From: a bacterium UBP2_UBA2255
GTDB taxonomy: Bacteria > Edwardsbacteria > AC1 > EtOH8
Reading direction: 5' to 3'
DNA: 64,000 nucleotides
Assembly (NCBI GenBank): GCA_002347565.1
Contig: DDXR01000049.1
Span: 42,302 to 106,301 of the forward strand
The notes beneath the pieces were generated by a model. That model searched no databases. It was not told the DNA's origin and saw only the letters and a program-made list of their open reading frames with translations. Below, piece after piece: positions 9,798 to 20,352 of this stretch (positions within the stretch are counted from its first letter, which is position 1; the number at the start of each line of letters is the position of its first letter). A program made the position numbers and the translations under genes.

Positions 9798-10742
9798 ATG
9801 GCGAATCATGCGACGGTTATAACAGTCTATCATGATGGGATGCCTGCGCTGCTCCAAATGATCGCAAGCGTCTACACACACCACGCGTTGATTGCTGATG
9901 TGATCATCGTGAATAACTCTAACGAAAGAATCGATCATCTGTCTCAGAAGAGGCACGGCGCGCCGTTCCGGGTCCGCATCATCGAGTCAGGCCGTAACAT
10001 CGGATTCGGTGCCGCGAACAACCTCGCACTACGCAGGACCCAGACCGATTACGTGCTGTTGCTAAACCCTGACGCGCAATTAACCGGTGGATTTCTAGAA
10101 GCCGCGATAGTCATGATGGACGAACGACCGGAGATAGCGGCGGTAGGCCCGAAACTGGTCGATTTCTATGGCAACCCTCATGCATCCGCGTTCACTTCCC
10201 CTTCCTGCGCATCGTACTTTATCGATGCGTTCGCGCTGGGACGCTTTGTCGATAGAAGGCGTACGCCCGCGCGCGAAATCAACCTCTGCGGTTACCTGTG
10301 CGAGACAGCTGATTGGCTGTGTGGCGCAGCGGTGGTCCTCCGGCGAAAAGTTCTCGACCAGATAGGGAGGTTCGATGAAGACTATTTCCTGTATTATGAA
10401 GACACCGACCTGTTCATGCGCATCCGAATGAACGGATCAGTTGTGATGCATTGCCCCCAGTTTATAGTGCGGCACGTTGGCCGGAACGAGGATGGGCTTT
10501 ATTGCGACAAGTTCAATTCAAGCACACGGATCGTGCACCATAGCAGAAGCGTGCTGACATATTGGCGTAAGCACGGCCGACAGCAAATGCCGATCGTTCG
10601 GGCTATCTTGTGCGCCAGCTCCATCTTCAAGTTTTGGACATGGGCGTTGTTGATGCTGATCTCGAGAAAGACTGGATTCACGGCTGTGCGCCAGCGCCTG
10701 CGGGGGTATGCCGAAGCCGCTGCGATCGCCTTGTTCGAATGA
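9798..10742 (+). CDS. glycosyltransferase family 2
   Basis: GT-A signatures (VITVYHDG, NIGFGAANN, LLNPDA, YYEDTD); AGGTGGAAGA RBS. Confidence 0.75.
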   Translation: MANHATVITVYHDGMPALLQMIASVYTHHALIADVIIVNNSNERIDHLSQKRHGAPFRVRIIESGRNIGFGAANNLALRRTQTDYVLLLNPDAQLTGGFLEAAIVMMDERPEIAAVGPKLVDFYGNPHASAFTSPSCASYFIDAFALGRFVDRRRTPAREINLCGYLCETADWLCGAAVVLRRKVLDQIGRFDEDYFLYYEDTDLFMRIRMNGSVVMHCPQFIVRHVGRNEDGLYCDKFNSSTRIVHHSRSVLTYWRKHGRQQMPIVRAILCASSIFKFWTWALLMLISRKTGFTAVRQRLRGYAEAAAIALFE

Positions 10743-10870
10743 TACACCCATAAAAAGCCCACGTCATTGTTCTGGAATACGTGCCCGTTTGGGAAATCTG
10801 CAAACGACACGAGCGAAGATACCTATGGTTTTTCGGCTGTAGTGCGCCACCAGCCTATAGCAGTATAGCT

Positions 10871-11068
10871 ATGATAGTGATCGACGCCCGGAAAAACTGC
10901 GATTCCGGTATAGGCATCTAGCTGCGTAGCCTCATCGACCATCTTAATGGCCGGCACGATCTGACCGTTCTGATGGCTCGCGATATGGTGTTGTCGGACA
11001 AGTTCGCGGAAACGTACATATATTCTCGTCAGCAGCCAACCCAACACCATGAAGACGTATTGAAATAA
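10871..11068 (+). pseudogene. truncated glycosyltransferase-4 N-terminal fragment with in-frame TAG (MIVIDARKNCDSGIGI*LRSLIDHL...)
   Basis: First ~65 codons resemble N-terminus of the GT4 gene at 12505 (MIAFDARMSERSGIGSYVRNLL); amber codon at 10919-10921 replaces the conserved aromatic; frame ends at TAA 11066-11068 with no remaining catalytic domain. Confidence 0.5.
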
Positions 11069-11289
11069 TGTGGAAGTGCTCGGTCTGCGATGTGTTTATC
11101 TTACCATGCAACAACATCCCGTTGCTGACAATGCCGACGAGGCGGCTGATCGTGTTCATTCAGGATATCCAGCATCTGCCGGCGAGCGCTGGGTATGGGC
11201 CGCAAAACAGGCGTGTGCTAGAATCATGATCAACTTGTTATTCCCGTTGGTCTTTGCCAAAGGGTAACCGCTTGAATGGATACAGTAAA

Positions 11290-12153
11290 ATGAACGCGAA
11301 TATGAATGACCCATGCATCGCTTGTAAAAGCAAATATTACAGAGTGGTTTTTAACGAATTTGGGATTGATATAGTTCAATGCAAATGCTGCGGCCATTTG
11401 TTCTCAACATTCCCGGGTGATCAAAACTACAACGGTTATTTCGGTGAGCAACAGATCGAATCATGTAAGCAATTCTGGTGGGACGATGCGCATCGCGATA
11501 TGTATGCTGACTTCTACCGACGATTTATAAACAAGAAAACAGGTACATTGCTGGATGTCGGCTGTGGCCTGGGCTATTTTGTCAAAAATATGTCAGTAAT
11601 ACCGTGCTGGGAGGTCTACGGTTGTGAAATATCTCGGGTAGCAGTAGCCTATGCCCGCAACAAACTTGGACTCAAGAACATTTATGAGGGGAAAATAGAG
11701 GAAATTGATTTCGGGTGCAGGACCTTTGATATCATAACACTGTGGGATGTTATTGAACACATTCCGAATCCCTATCCTCTTCTTGTCCGAATCTATTCGT
11801 TACTCAAGCAGGGAGGCATGCTATTCCTTCACACCCCCAATGCCCGCATCCAGTTGCCGAAAGCACGGATGAAACAGCTGATCATGCGCAGAAACCCGCA
11901 CGCCCATTTTCTTGAGGCAAAAGACCACATGAACATCTATACCGACAAATCGATATCTGCCGTACTCGGACGAAGTGGTTACATCTCGGTACAATTTCTG
12001 CATCTTAAACCATTGCAGAGTGTCGCTGGCAGTCGGAATGCTCTATTCGTCATCATCAAGAACTTATGGGCGTCTCTCTCAAGAATAATATACGTTTTAT
12101 CGAAGAGACGAATCAACATCGGGAATTTGTTCGTCGTCGCGTATAAACAATAG
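11290..12153 (+). CDS. class I SAM-dependent methyltransferase with N-terminal Cys4 zinc ribbon
   Basis: CIACKS...CKCCGH zinc ribbon, LLDVGCGLGYF SAM motif I, DIITLWDVIEH motif; very AT-rich; start ambiguous (TTG 11254, ATG 11290/11302). Confidence 0.7.
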   Translation: MNANMNDPCIACKSKYYRVVFNEFGIDIVQCKCCGHLFSTFPGDQNYNGYFGEQQIESCKQFWWDDAHRDMYADFYRRFINKKTGTLLDVGCGLGYFVKNMSVIPCWEVYGCEISRVAVAYARNKLGLKNIYEGKIEEIDFGCRTFDIITLWDVIEHIPNPYPLLVRIYSLLKQGGMLFLHTPNARIQLPKARMKQLIMRRNPHAHFLEAKDHMNIYTDKSISAVLGRSGYISVQFLHLKPLQSVAGSRNALFVIIKNLWASLSRIIYVLSKRRINIGNLFVVAYKQ

Positions 12154-12504
12154 CGAACGATTATCCCATCAGCTCAGGAACACCCGGGGAAAGCCATTTA
12201 CGGTCAGTTCGACTTCTCTCGATGACCGGGAATACGCACCCCGAGCGGAGTCGAGAAATGCAGTAACGTGCCATCCTGAATATATGGGATAATCACTCAA
12301 TAGAGATATGCCACCCGCAGGCTATTTCTTCTGTTCGCCGCGGCGGCATCGGATGGTCGGTTTGATGAAGAAGCACGAGAGTTACAACTCAATGAACTAC
12401 AATTCTCTTGATATCCGGTTGCAGGTTATACATAGCGCCACGAAATAGTAATGACAAGCTAGTTCTATAAAAGAAATGCAGTTTAAAAAAGTGATGGTGC
12501 CGGC

Positions 12505-13602
12505 ATGATCGCCTTTGACGCAAGAATGTCAGAGCGTTCTGGTATCGGTTCGTATGTGCGAAACTTGTTGGCACAATTCGCGGCAATGGACCGGCCGCCA
12601 AAGCTGACCGTGATCGGTGACCAAGATATCCACCGCTACTGGCGGCGACCGATTGTCTGCCGTAGCCCGATATACAGTATTCAGGAGCAACTGTCTATTC
12701 CAGTGGTGGCGCATAATTGCAACGTCTTTCATGCGCCGCATTACAACGCCCCGCTGCTGTTCCGCGGCCGTCTGGTCGTGACTATCCACGACCTCAATCA
12801 TCTCACGTTTTATGATGAATTGCCGACCATCGCCCACAAACTGTATGCCCGTCTGATGATGACGTTAGCCGTCCGGCGGGCCGACCACATCATGACGGAT
12901 TCCGAGTGGACACGGCGCGACCTCCTCCGACGATGGCCCGACGCAGCGACGAAGACGGAGGTTGTACATAACGGTATTGATCCACAATTGCGACGGACGA
13001 TCGAACCGGCTGTGCCAGCGAAATATGGCATCACCAAACCATACGTTCTTTATCTGGGACTGCTGAAACGGCATAAAAACATCACGCGACTGATCGAAGC
13101 TTTCCTGGCGGCCCAAGACGAATTGAAGGGTGAGTTCCAATTGGCCATCGCGGGAGATCCGACCAGCGACGATATCGGCCTTCGTGATTTTATCGTGCGA
13201 CGGCGATCATCCGAAATCGTACGGTTGATAGGATTCATTGCGCCGGGTGACATCGCCCCGTTGTATAGCGGCGCGAAGGTGTTCGCCTTCCCATCGCTGG
13301 CCGAGGGCTTCGGCTTGCCGCCGCTGGAGGCGATGGCCTGTGGCACGCCGGTGATCGCCAGCAACGCGAGCTGCCTTCCCGAGGTCCTGGGCGGCGCACC
13401 GCGTTTCTTCGACCCCCGCGACGTGGCTGACATGGCGGCGTCGATCGTGTCCGCCGTCCGGGACGAAGCCTGGCGGTTCGCAGCCATCGAGCGCGGCTAT
13501 CGCACCACGGCCAAGTACCGGTGGGAGGATACGGCGCTGGCCTGCATACGCGCATATAGTGCAGCCGATACGACGGTTGCCAATGGGAGTGGTGGGCGGT
13601 GA
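12505..13602 (+). CDS. glycosyltransferase family 4
   Basis: GT4 C-terminal motif (FPSLAEGFGLPPLEAMACGTPVIASN). Confidence 0.8.
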   Translation: MIAFDARMSERSGIGSYVRNLLAQFAAMDRPPKLTVIGDQDIHRYWRRPIVCRSPIYSIQEQLSIPVVAHNCNVFHAPHYNAPLLFRGRLVVTIHDLNHLTFYDELPTIAHKLYARLMMTLAVRRADHIMTDSEWTRRDLLRRWPDAATKTEVVHNGIDPQLRRTIEPAVPAKYGITKPYVLYLGLLKRHKNITRLIEAFLAAQDELKGEFQLAIAGDPTSDDIGLRDFIVRRRSSEIVRLIGFIAPGDIAPLYSGAKVFAFPSLAEGFGLPPLEAMACGTPVIASNASCLPEVLGGAPRFFDPRDVADMAASIVSAVRDEAWRFAAIERGYRTTAKYRWEDTALACIRAYSAADTTVANGSGGR

Positions 13603-14747
13603 CCCGCGAACGGAACAACCGGGTTTATAAATGGCTGGACGGACACATTGGACCGCCGATCATCGCGATGAAGGCAGCGCTTGATATGCGGCAACGGCCT
13701 TGCGATCAGCGTGTGTCCAACCGATCACCCAGGATCGCATTGGTGAAAACGGAATCCATAGGCGATACGTTGCTGACCGAACCGCTGATTAAAAGCATCA
13801 AACATGTCCATCCCGCGGGTGCGATCACGTACATCTGCATGTCGAACAACGTTGACGCGGTCAGGGGTCTGGATGGGATCGATGAGATCATCATCTTTGA
13901 TCTCGGGGCACCGCTACGATCGCTGTGTCGATTGACGAGGCTGCGACCGTTCGACGTGGTGATTGACTGCGGTTCCTGGGCCAGGATCAACAGCGTGATT
14001 GCAACCACAGTGCCCGCCGCATGCCGTGTGGGCTTCCGTACCGCCAGCATGCACCGGCACTATGCCTACGATATCGTCGTTGACCATGATTCCGGCATCC
14101 ATGAACTTGACAACTATCGCAACCTGCTACGGGCCGCCGGCATCACCCCGCAGCGGTCGGCACCGCGCTATGTCATCGGCCGGCAAGCTGCCGGGGCACC
14201 GGTGTTCCCGTTGCCGTCGCTGGGTGAATACGTCGTCCTGCACATTCATCCCGGCGGCGCCCAGCGGCATCTGAAGTGCTGGCCGGATGCCCAATGGATC
14301 GAACTGGGGAGGCGTCTGATCGGCGCCGGGATCCGCATCTATATTAGCGGCGGTCGCGGCGATGCCGTTGGTGCAGGGCGCATTGCGAACCTGATCGACG
14401 GCGTCCACTGCGCGTCGCTGGCTGGTCAGCTGTCTCTGGATCAAACCGCGCAGCTGATCGCGGGATCCCGTCTGCTGGTCACCGTTGACACCGGTATCAT
14501 GCACCTCGGAGCAGCCGTCGGGGCGAATGTCATCAGTCTACATGGACCGACCTCGCCACGACGGTGGGGCGGCATCGGCCGATCGGTCACGCCAGTTTGC
14601 ACGACGGCCAGCTGTGCCCCATGCATCAACCTGGGCTTCGATTCACCCTGTCGGCACGGCGGCTGCATGGACCTCATCACTGTTGATGCCGTGTTCACTC
14701 AGGCAGCCGAACACCTGAAACGCACCGGACGCGGACGGCCATCGTAG
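13599..14747 (+). CDS. glycosyltransferase family 9 (heptosyltransferase-like)
   Basis: GT9 features: KTESIGDTLLTEPL, ISGGRGD, VTVDTGIMHLGAAVG, LHGPTS; start uncertain (GTG 13599 overlapping, or downstream ATG 13668). Confidence 0.65.
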   Translation: MTRERNNRVYKWLDGHIGPPIIAMKAALDMRQRPCDQRVSNRSPRIALVKTESIGDTLLTEPLIKSIKHVHPAGAITYICMSNNVDAVRGLDGIDEIIIFDLGAPLRSLCRLTRLRPFDVVIDCGSWARINSVIATTVPAACRVGFRTASMHRHYAYDIVVDHDSGIHELDNYRNLLRAAGITPQRSAPRYVIGRQAAGAPVFPLPSLGEYVVLHIHPGGAQRHLKCWPDAQWIELGRRLIGAGIRIYISGGRGDAVGAGRIANLIDGVHCASLAGQLSLDQTAQLIAGSRLLVTVDTGIMHLGAAVGANVISLHGPTSPRRWGGIGRSVTPVCTTASCAPCINLGFDSPCRHGGCMDLITVDAVFTQAAEHLKRTGRGRPS

Positions 14748-14761
14748 CCGGGAGCGAAGTT

Positions 14762-15736
14762 ATGAGCGGCACTAACGCCGGTACAGCGTACCTGGTCACC
14801 GGCGGCAGCGGGTTCATCGGCGGGCACCTGATCGTCGACCTGCTACGGGACCCGGGCACCGCCCGGGTGGTCAATATCGACCTGCGCCCGTACCCGGGCG
14901 CGGTCGACCCTCGCCTGGAGACGGTGATTGCGGACATCAGAAAGCCGCTGGCGGCCGGCCTGCCGGCGGGGGTCGGCACCTGCTTCCACCTGGCCGCGGT
15001 CTGCCGCGAGCCGGGCCACCGGCGGGAGGAGTACTTCGAGACCAACCATCGCGGGACCGGCAACGTGATCGACCTGTGCCGGCGACAGGGCATCCACAGC
15101 ATCGTCTTCACCAGCACCATCATGGTCTATTCGCCCGGGGACGCCCCGTGCGACGAGTCGGCGACCACTCGGCCCAACACTGCTTACGGGGAATCGAAGC
15201 TGCTGGCGGAGCGCGAGCTGGAGCGGTGGGGGGCGGAGGGGCGACACCTGCGGATCGTACGGCCCGGCGTGGTGTTTGGTCCGGGCGACTACGGCAACTT
15301 CATCCGATTGCACCGCGCGCTGCGGAGCAACCTGTTCTGCTACGTCGGCCGCCGCACCACAGTCAAGGGCAGCGTCTACGTCCGTGACGTGGTGTCGTGC
15401 CTGCGGTTCATGGAGACGGCGGCGGCGCGGAGCGCTGTCTACAACTGCGTGTTCCCGGGGCGGTACACCATCGGCGAGATCGTCGCCGCCATCTGCACCG
15501 CCGAGGGATGGCGGCGTTGGGTGCCGGTTCTGCCGTACCGGCTGATGCGGGCCCTGGCGGCGGTCGGGCCCTGGCTGGACGCGGCCGGGCTGCGCAACGG
15601 GCTCCATCCCCGCCGCATCGACAAACTGTACCAGTCAACTGACGCGGTGCCGCAGGCGCTGGCGCGCGATGGGTTCGGGTTCCGGTACGATCTGCGTGCC
15701 GCTGTCCGGGAGTGGCTGTGCGGCGCGGCATCCTGA
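14762..15736 (+). CDS. NAD-dependent sugar epimerase/dehydratase (extended SDR)
   Basis: TGGSGFIGGHL Rossmann motif, YGESK catalytic Y-x3-K. Confidence 0.75.
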   Translation: MSGTNAGTAYLVTGGSGFIGGHLIVDLLRDPGTARVVNIDLRPYPGAVDPRLETVIADIRKPLAAGLPAGVGTCFHLAAVCREPGHRREEYFETNHRGTGNVIDLCRRQGIHSIVFTSTIMVYSPGDAPCDESATTRPNTAYGESKLLAERELERWGAEGRHLRIVRPGVVFGPGDYGNFIRLHRALRSNLFCYVGRRTTVKGSVYVRDVVSCLRFMETAAARSAVYNCVFPGRYTIGEIVAAICTAEGWRRWVPVLPYRLMRALAAVGPWLDAAGLRNGLHPRRIDKLYQSTDAVPQALARDGFGFRYDLRAAVREWLCGAAS

Positions 15737-15795
15737 ACGGCTGGATCTCCGGTGGCAGCACAGTTGCTGTATCGGAGTAGCCATTCGACGGCTGT

Positions 15796-17193
15796 ATGCG
15801 ATGGGGGCATTCAATGCTGAGGGATAAACGTACGGTCCTCCGCTTGTCGATGATGGCCATCGATATGGTGATCACCGTGGCCGCCTTCTTCACGGCGTAC
15901 TGGCTGCGGGTGGCGCTGCCGGTGCCGTGGTTCCAGGAGGGCGGCGTCTACCCGCTGGCGGTCACCATGAAGGCGCTGCTGCTGCTGCTGCCGCTGTGGT
16001 GGTCCCTGTATCAGCGCCTGGGCCAGTACCATCCGATCAAGATCCTGGGCCGCTACACCCTGCCGCTGCTGCCGGCCTACCGCGCCAACCTGATCGGCTT
16101 GGCGGTGGCCATCATCATCGCCTACTTCCTGAAGCTGGCGTCGGTCAGCCGGGCGCTGGTGCTGCTGTTCTTCATCGTCAACTGCCTGCTGCTGACCCTG
16201 TGGCGCCTGCTGCTGCTGTTCTCCCCCCGGCTGTCTTCCAGCAGCCGCGACAGCCGGCACGTGCTGCTGGTCGGGGACGCGGGCCGCCTGCCGCAGCTCG
16301 GGGCGTTCGAGCGCCTGGGAGAGGAGTGGGGCGTCACGGTGGTGGAAACCCTGGAACGTCGCGATCCGGAGCGGCTGGGCGCGGCGCTGCAGTCGATGGT
16401 GGTCGACGACGTGGTGTTCACCCTCGGCCGGACCAAGCTGCACGACCTCGAACCGGACATCCTGCTGTGCGAGGAGCGGGGGGTGGCCATCCACATCGTG
16501 ACCGACTGGTTCCGGGACCGCACCGGCCGGGCCAGGATGGACGAGTTCTACGGCATCCCTGTGATCTCCATCGATTCCACCAAGCGGCGGGCCTGGGAGG
16601 TGGTGGCCAAGCGGACCATCGACCTGCTGTGCTCCGGCCTGGCGCTGATCGCGCTGGCGCCGCTGCTGGCGGTGATCGCCGCGCTCATCAAGCTGACGTC
16701 GCCCGGGCCGGTGCTGTTCGCGCAAACACGGGCCGGCCTCAACGGGCGGCCGTTCCGGCTCTACAAGTTCCGTTCGATGATCCAGGGCGCAGAAAAACTG
16801 CAGGACAAGCTGCAGGACCGGAACGAGATGTCCGGCCCGGTGTTCAAGATCGCCAACGACCCGCGGCTGACGCGCGTCGGGAGGTTCCTGCGCCGCACCA
16901 GCCTGGACGAGCTGCCCCAGCTGTGGAACGTCCTGCGGGGCGACATCAGCCTGGTGGGCCCGCGGCCCCTGCCGGCCTACGAGGTCAAGAAGTTCAAGCT
17001 GCGCGAGCAGCGCCGCCTCAGCGTCATGCCGGGCATCACCTGCCTGTGGCAGATCAGCGGCCGGAACGAGGTCGGTTTCGACGAATGGATGCGTCTCGAC
17101 ATGCGGTACATCGACACCTGGTCGCTGTGGCTGGACATCAAGATACTGCTGCTGACGATCCCCGCCGTGCTGGTGCAGCGGGGGGCGAGGTAG
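15796..17193 (+). CDS. undecaprenyl-phosphate hexose-1-phosphate transferase (WbaP/WcaJ/EpsL family initiating enzyme)
   Basis: N-terminal TM block, C-terminal bacterial sugar transferase domain (RPFRLYKFRSM, DELPQLWNVLRGDISLVGPRP). Confidence 0.85.
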   Translation: MRWGHSMLRDKRTVLRLSMMAIDMVITVAAFFTAYWLRVALPVPWFQEGGVYPLAVTMKALLLLLPLWWSLYQRLGQYHPIKILGRYTLPLLPAYRANLIGLAVAIIIAYFLKLASVSRALVLLFFIVNCLLLTLWRLLLLFSPRLSSSSRDSRHVLLVGDAGRLPQLGAFERLGEEWGVTVVETLERRDPERLGAALQSMVVDDVVFTLGRTKLHDLEPDILLCEERGVAIHIVTDWFRDRTGRARMDEFYGIPVISIDSTKRRAWEVVAKRTIDLLCSGLALIALAPLLAVIAALIKLTSPGPVLFAQTRAGLNGRPFRLYKFRSMIQGAEKLQDKLQDRNEMSGPVFKIANDPRLTRVGRFLRRTSLDELPQLWNVLRGDISLVGPRPLPAYEVKKFKLREQRRLSVMPGITCLWQISGRNEVGFDEWMRLDMRYIDTWSLWLDIKILLLTIPAVLVQRGAR

Positions 17194-17248
17194 CGGGACG
17201 GCGGCGCGGCCCGGGACGGCCGCCGGCACACGGAACGAGGAGGGATGG

Positions 17249-19010
<1,762 letters not shown>

Positions 19011-19068
19011 GACCGGCATGAAGGCACGGCGATCCCGGGCCGCCGGCCGGCCCGGCAGGGGCGGCTGA

Positions 19069-20352
19069 ATGCCATTCCCCAGGATCGGCGCCCACCTGCG
19101 AAACATCCTGCTGCTCGGCGGCGGCACGGTGCTGGGTCAGGCGCTGGCGGTCGGGGCGATGCCGGTCGTCACCCGGATGTACCGGCCGGACCAGCTGGGC
19201 CAGCTGGGGCTGTTCCTGTCGTTCCTGGGTTTCGCCGGGATCGCGGTGACCCTGCGCCTCGAGATGGCGATCGCCTCGGAAACCAGCCAGCGCAGCGCCG
19301 ATTACCTGCTGGCGATCTCGTTCGCCATGGCCCTGCCGGTGTCCGTGCTGGCCGGGCTGGTCCAGCTGCTGATGATCAAGTGCGACATCCTGTCGTACGG
19401 GAGCCTGCCGGCCTGGACCGCAGCCGCGATGGCGGCGACGCTGGCGGCAACGGGCGTGTTCGTGTCCCTGCGGTATTGGTTCGTCCGGCAGCAGCGGTTC
19501 GCCGAGATCAGCCGGGCGATGGTCGCGCAGGGCGCGGCGCGGGCGGTCGTCCCGATCGCGCTCGGCGCGGCGGGCTGTGGCTGGATCGGCCTGCTGGCTG
19601 GTGAAATTGCGGGGCGCGCGATGGGCCTGTACCGGATGCTGGTCCTGGCCTGGCCGAGGCTGGCGGACGTGGTCCGCGGCTGGGACCGGACCGAGGCCGC
19701 CGCGGTGCTGGGGCGCAACGTCAAATTGCCGTTGATCGGCCTGCCGTCGTCGTTGCTGGACGCGCTGGCCGCGGCGCTGCCATTGCCGCTGATCGCCAGC
19801 CTGCACGGGATGGAGGCGGCGGGCCAGTTTCTGCTGGTGCACCGGCTGGCCGCGCTTCCGGCGGGACTGGTGATCGCCAGTGTCAGCGACGTTTACCACC
19901 CGGTGCTCGCCCAGACCCACCGCGACCAGCCGGCGTTGCTGCGGCCGACCGTATTGCGGATCGCCGGGCGGATGCTCCTGGTCGCCAGCGCGATCTATCT
20001 GCCGCTTTGCGCGGCGGCGCCGGCGATGTTCGCCCCGCTGTTCGGCAGCCAGTGGGCCAGGGCCGGCGTGATCATGGCGATCGTCGCCCCGGTTCATCTC
20101 GCAGCCCTGACGGTCAGCCCCCTCAGCCGGGTCCTGTACATCGTTGATCGGATCGAATACAAACTGGTGTTCGATGTGTTCAGCTTATTGGTGCCGGTCG
20201 TCAGCCTGTATGGATTCCATCTGATGGGATGGGGCCTCTACCGGTGTTTGGCCGTGTACAGCGTGCTGCATCTCTGCTCCAGCTGCATCTACTTCGGACT
20301 GATATGGAAGGCCAGCGGCAGCGCCTGCCCCGGGGGAGCGCCCCGGTGCTGA
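19069..20352 (+). CDS. second Wzx-like flippase / polysaccharide biosynthesis protein (MOP superfamily)
   Basis: 12-14 TM helices, N-terminal LLLGGGTVLGQALAVGAMPVVTRMY motif typical of Wzx/MurJ-like exporters. Confidence 0.65.
   Translation: MPFPRIGAHLRNILLLGGGTVLGQALAVGAMPVVTRMYRPDQLGQLGLFLSFLGFAGIAVTLRLEMAIASETSQRSADYLLAISFAMALPVSVLAGLVQLLMIKCDILSYGSLPAWTAAAMAATLAATGVFVSLRYWFVRQQRFAEISRAMVAQGAARAVVPIALGAAGCGWIGLLAGEIAGRAMGLYRMLVLAWPRLADVVRGWDRTEAAAVLGRNVKLPLIGLPSSLLDALAAALPLPLIASLHGMEAAGQFLLVHRLAALPAGLVIASVSDVYHPVLAQTHRDQPALLRPTVLRIAGRMLLVASAIYLPLCAAAPAMFAPLFGSQWARAGVIMAIVAPVHLAALTVSPLSRVLYIVDRIEYKLVFDVFSLLVPVVSLYGFHLMGWGLYRCLAVYSVLHLCSSCIYFGLIWKASGSACPGGAPRC

Noticed and set aside
10823-11050. 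75-aa minus-strand ORF listed in the track
   Set aside because: The + strand at the same place encodes a recognisable glycosyltransferase N-terminal fragment (pseudogene). The minus ORF has no RBS or homology signal.
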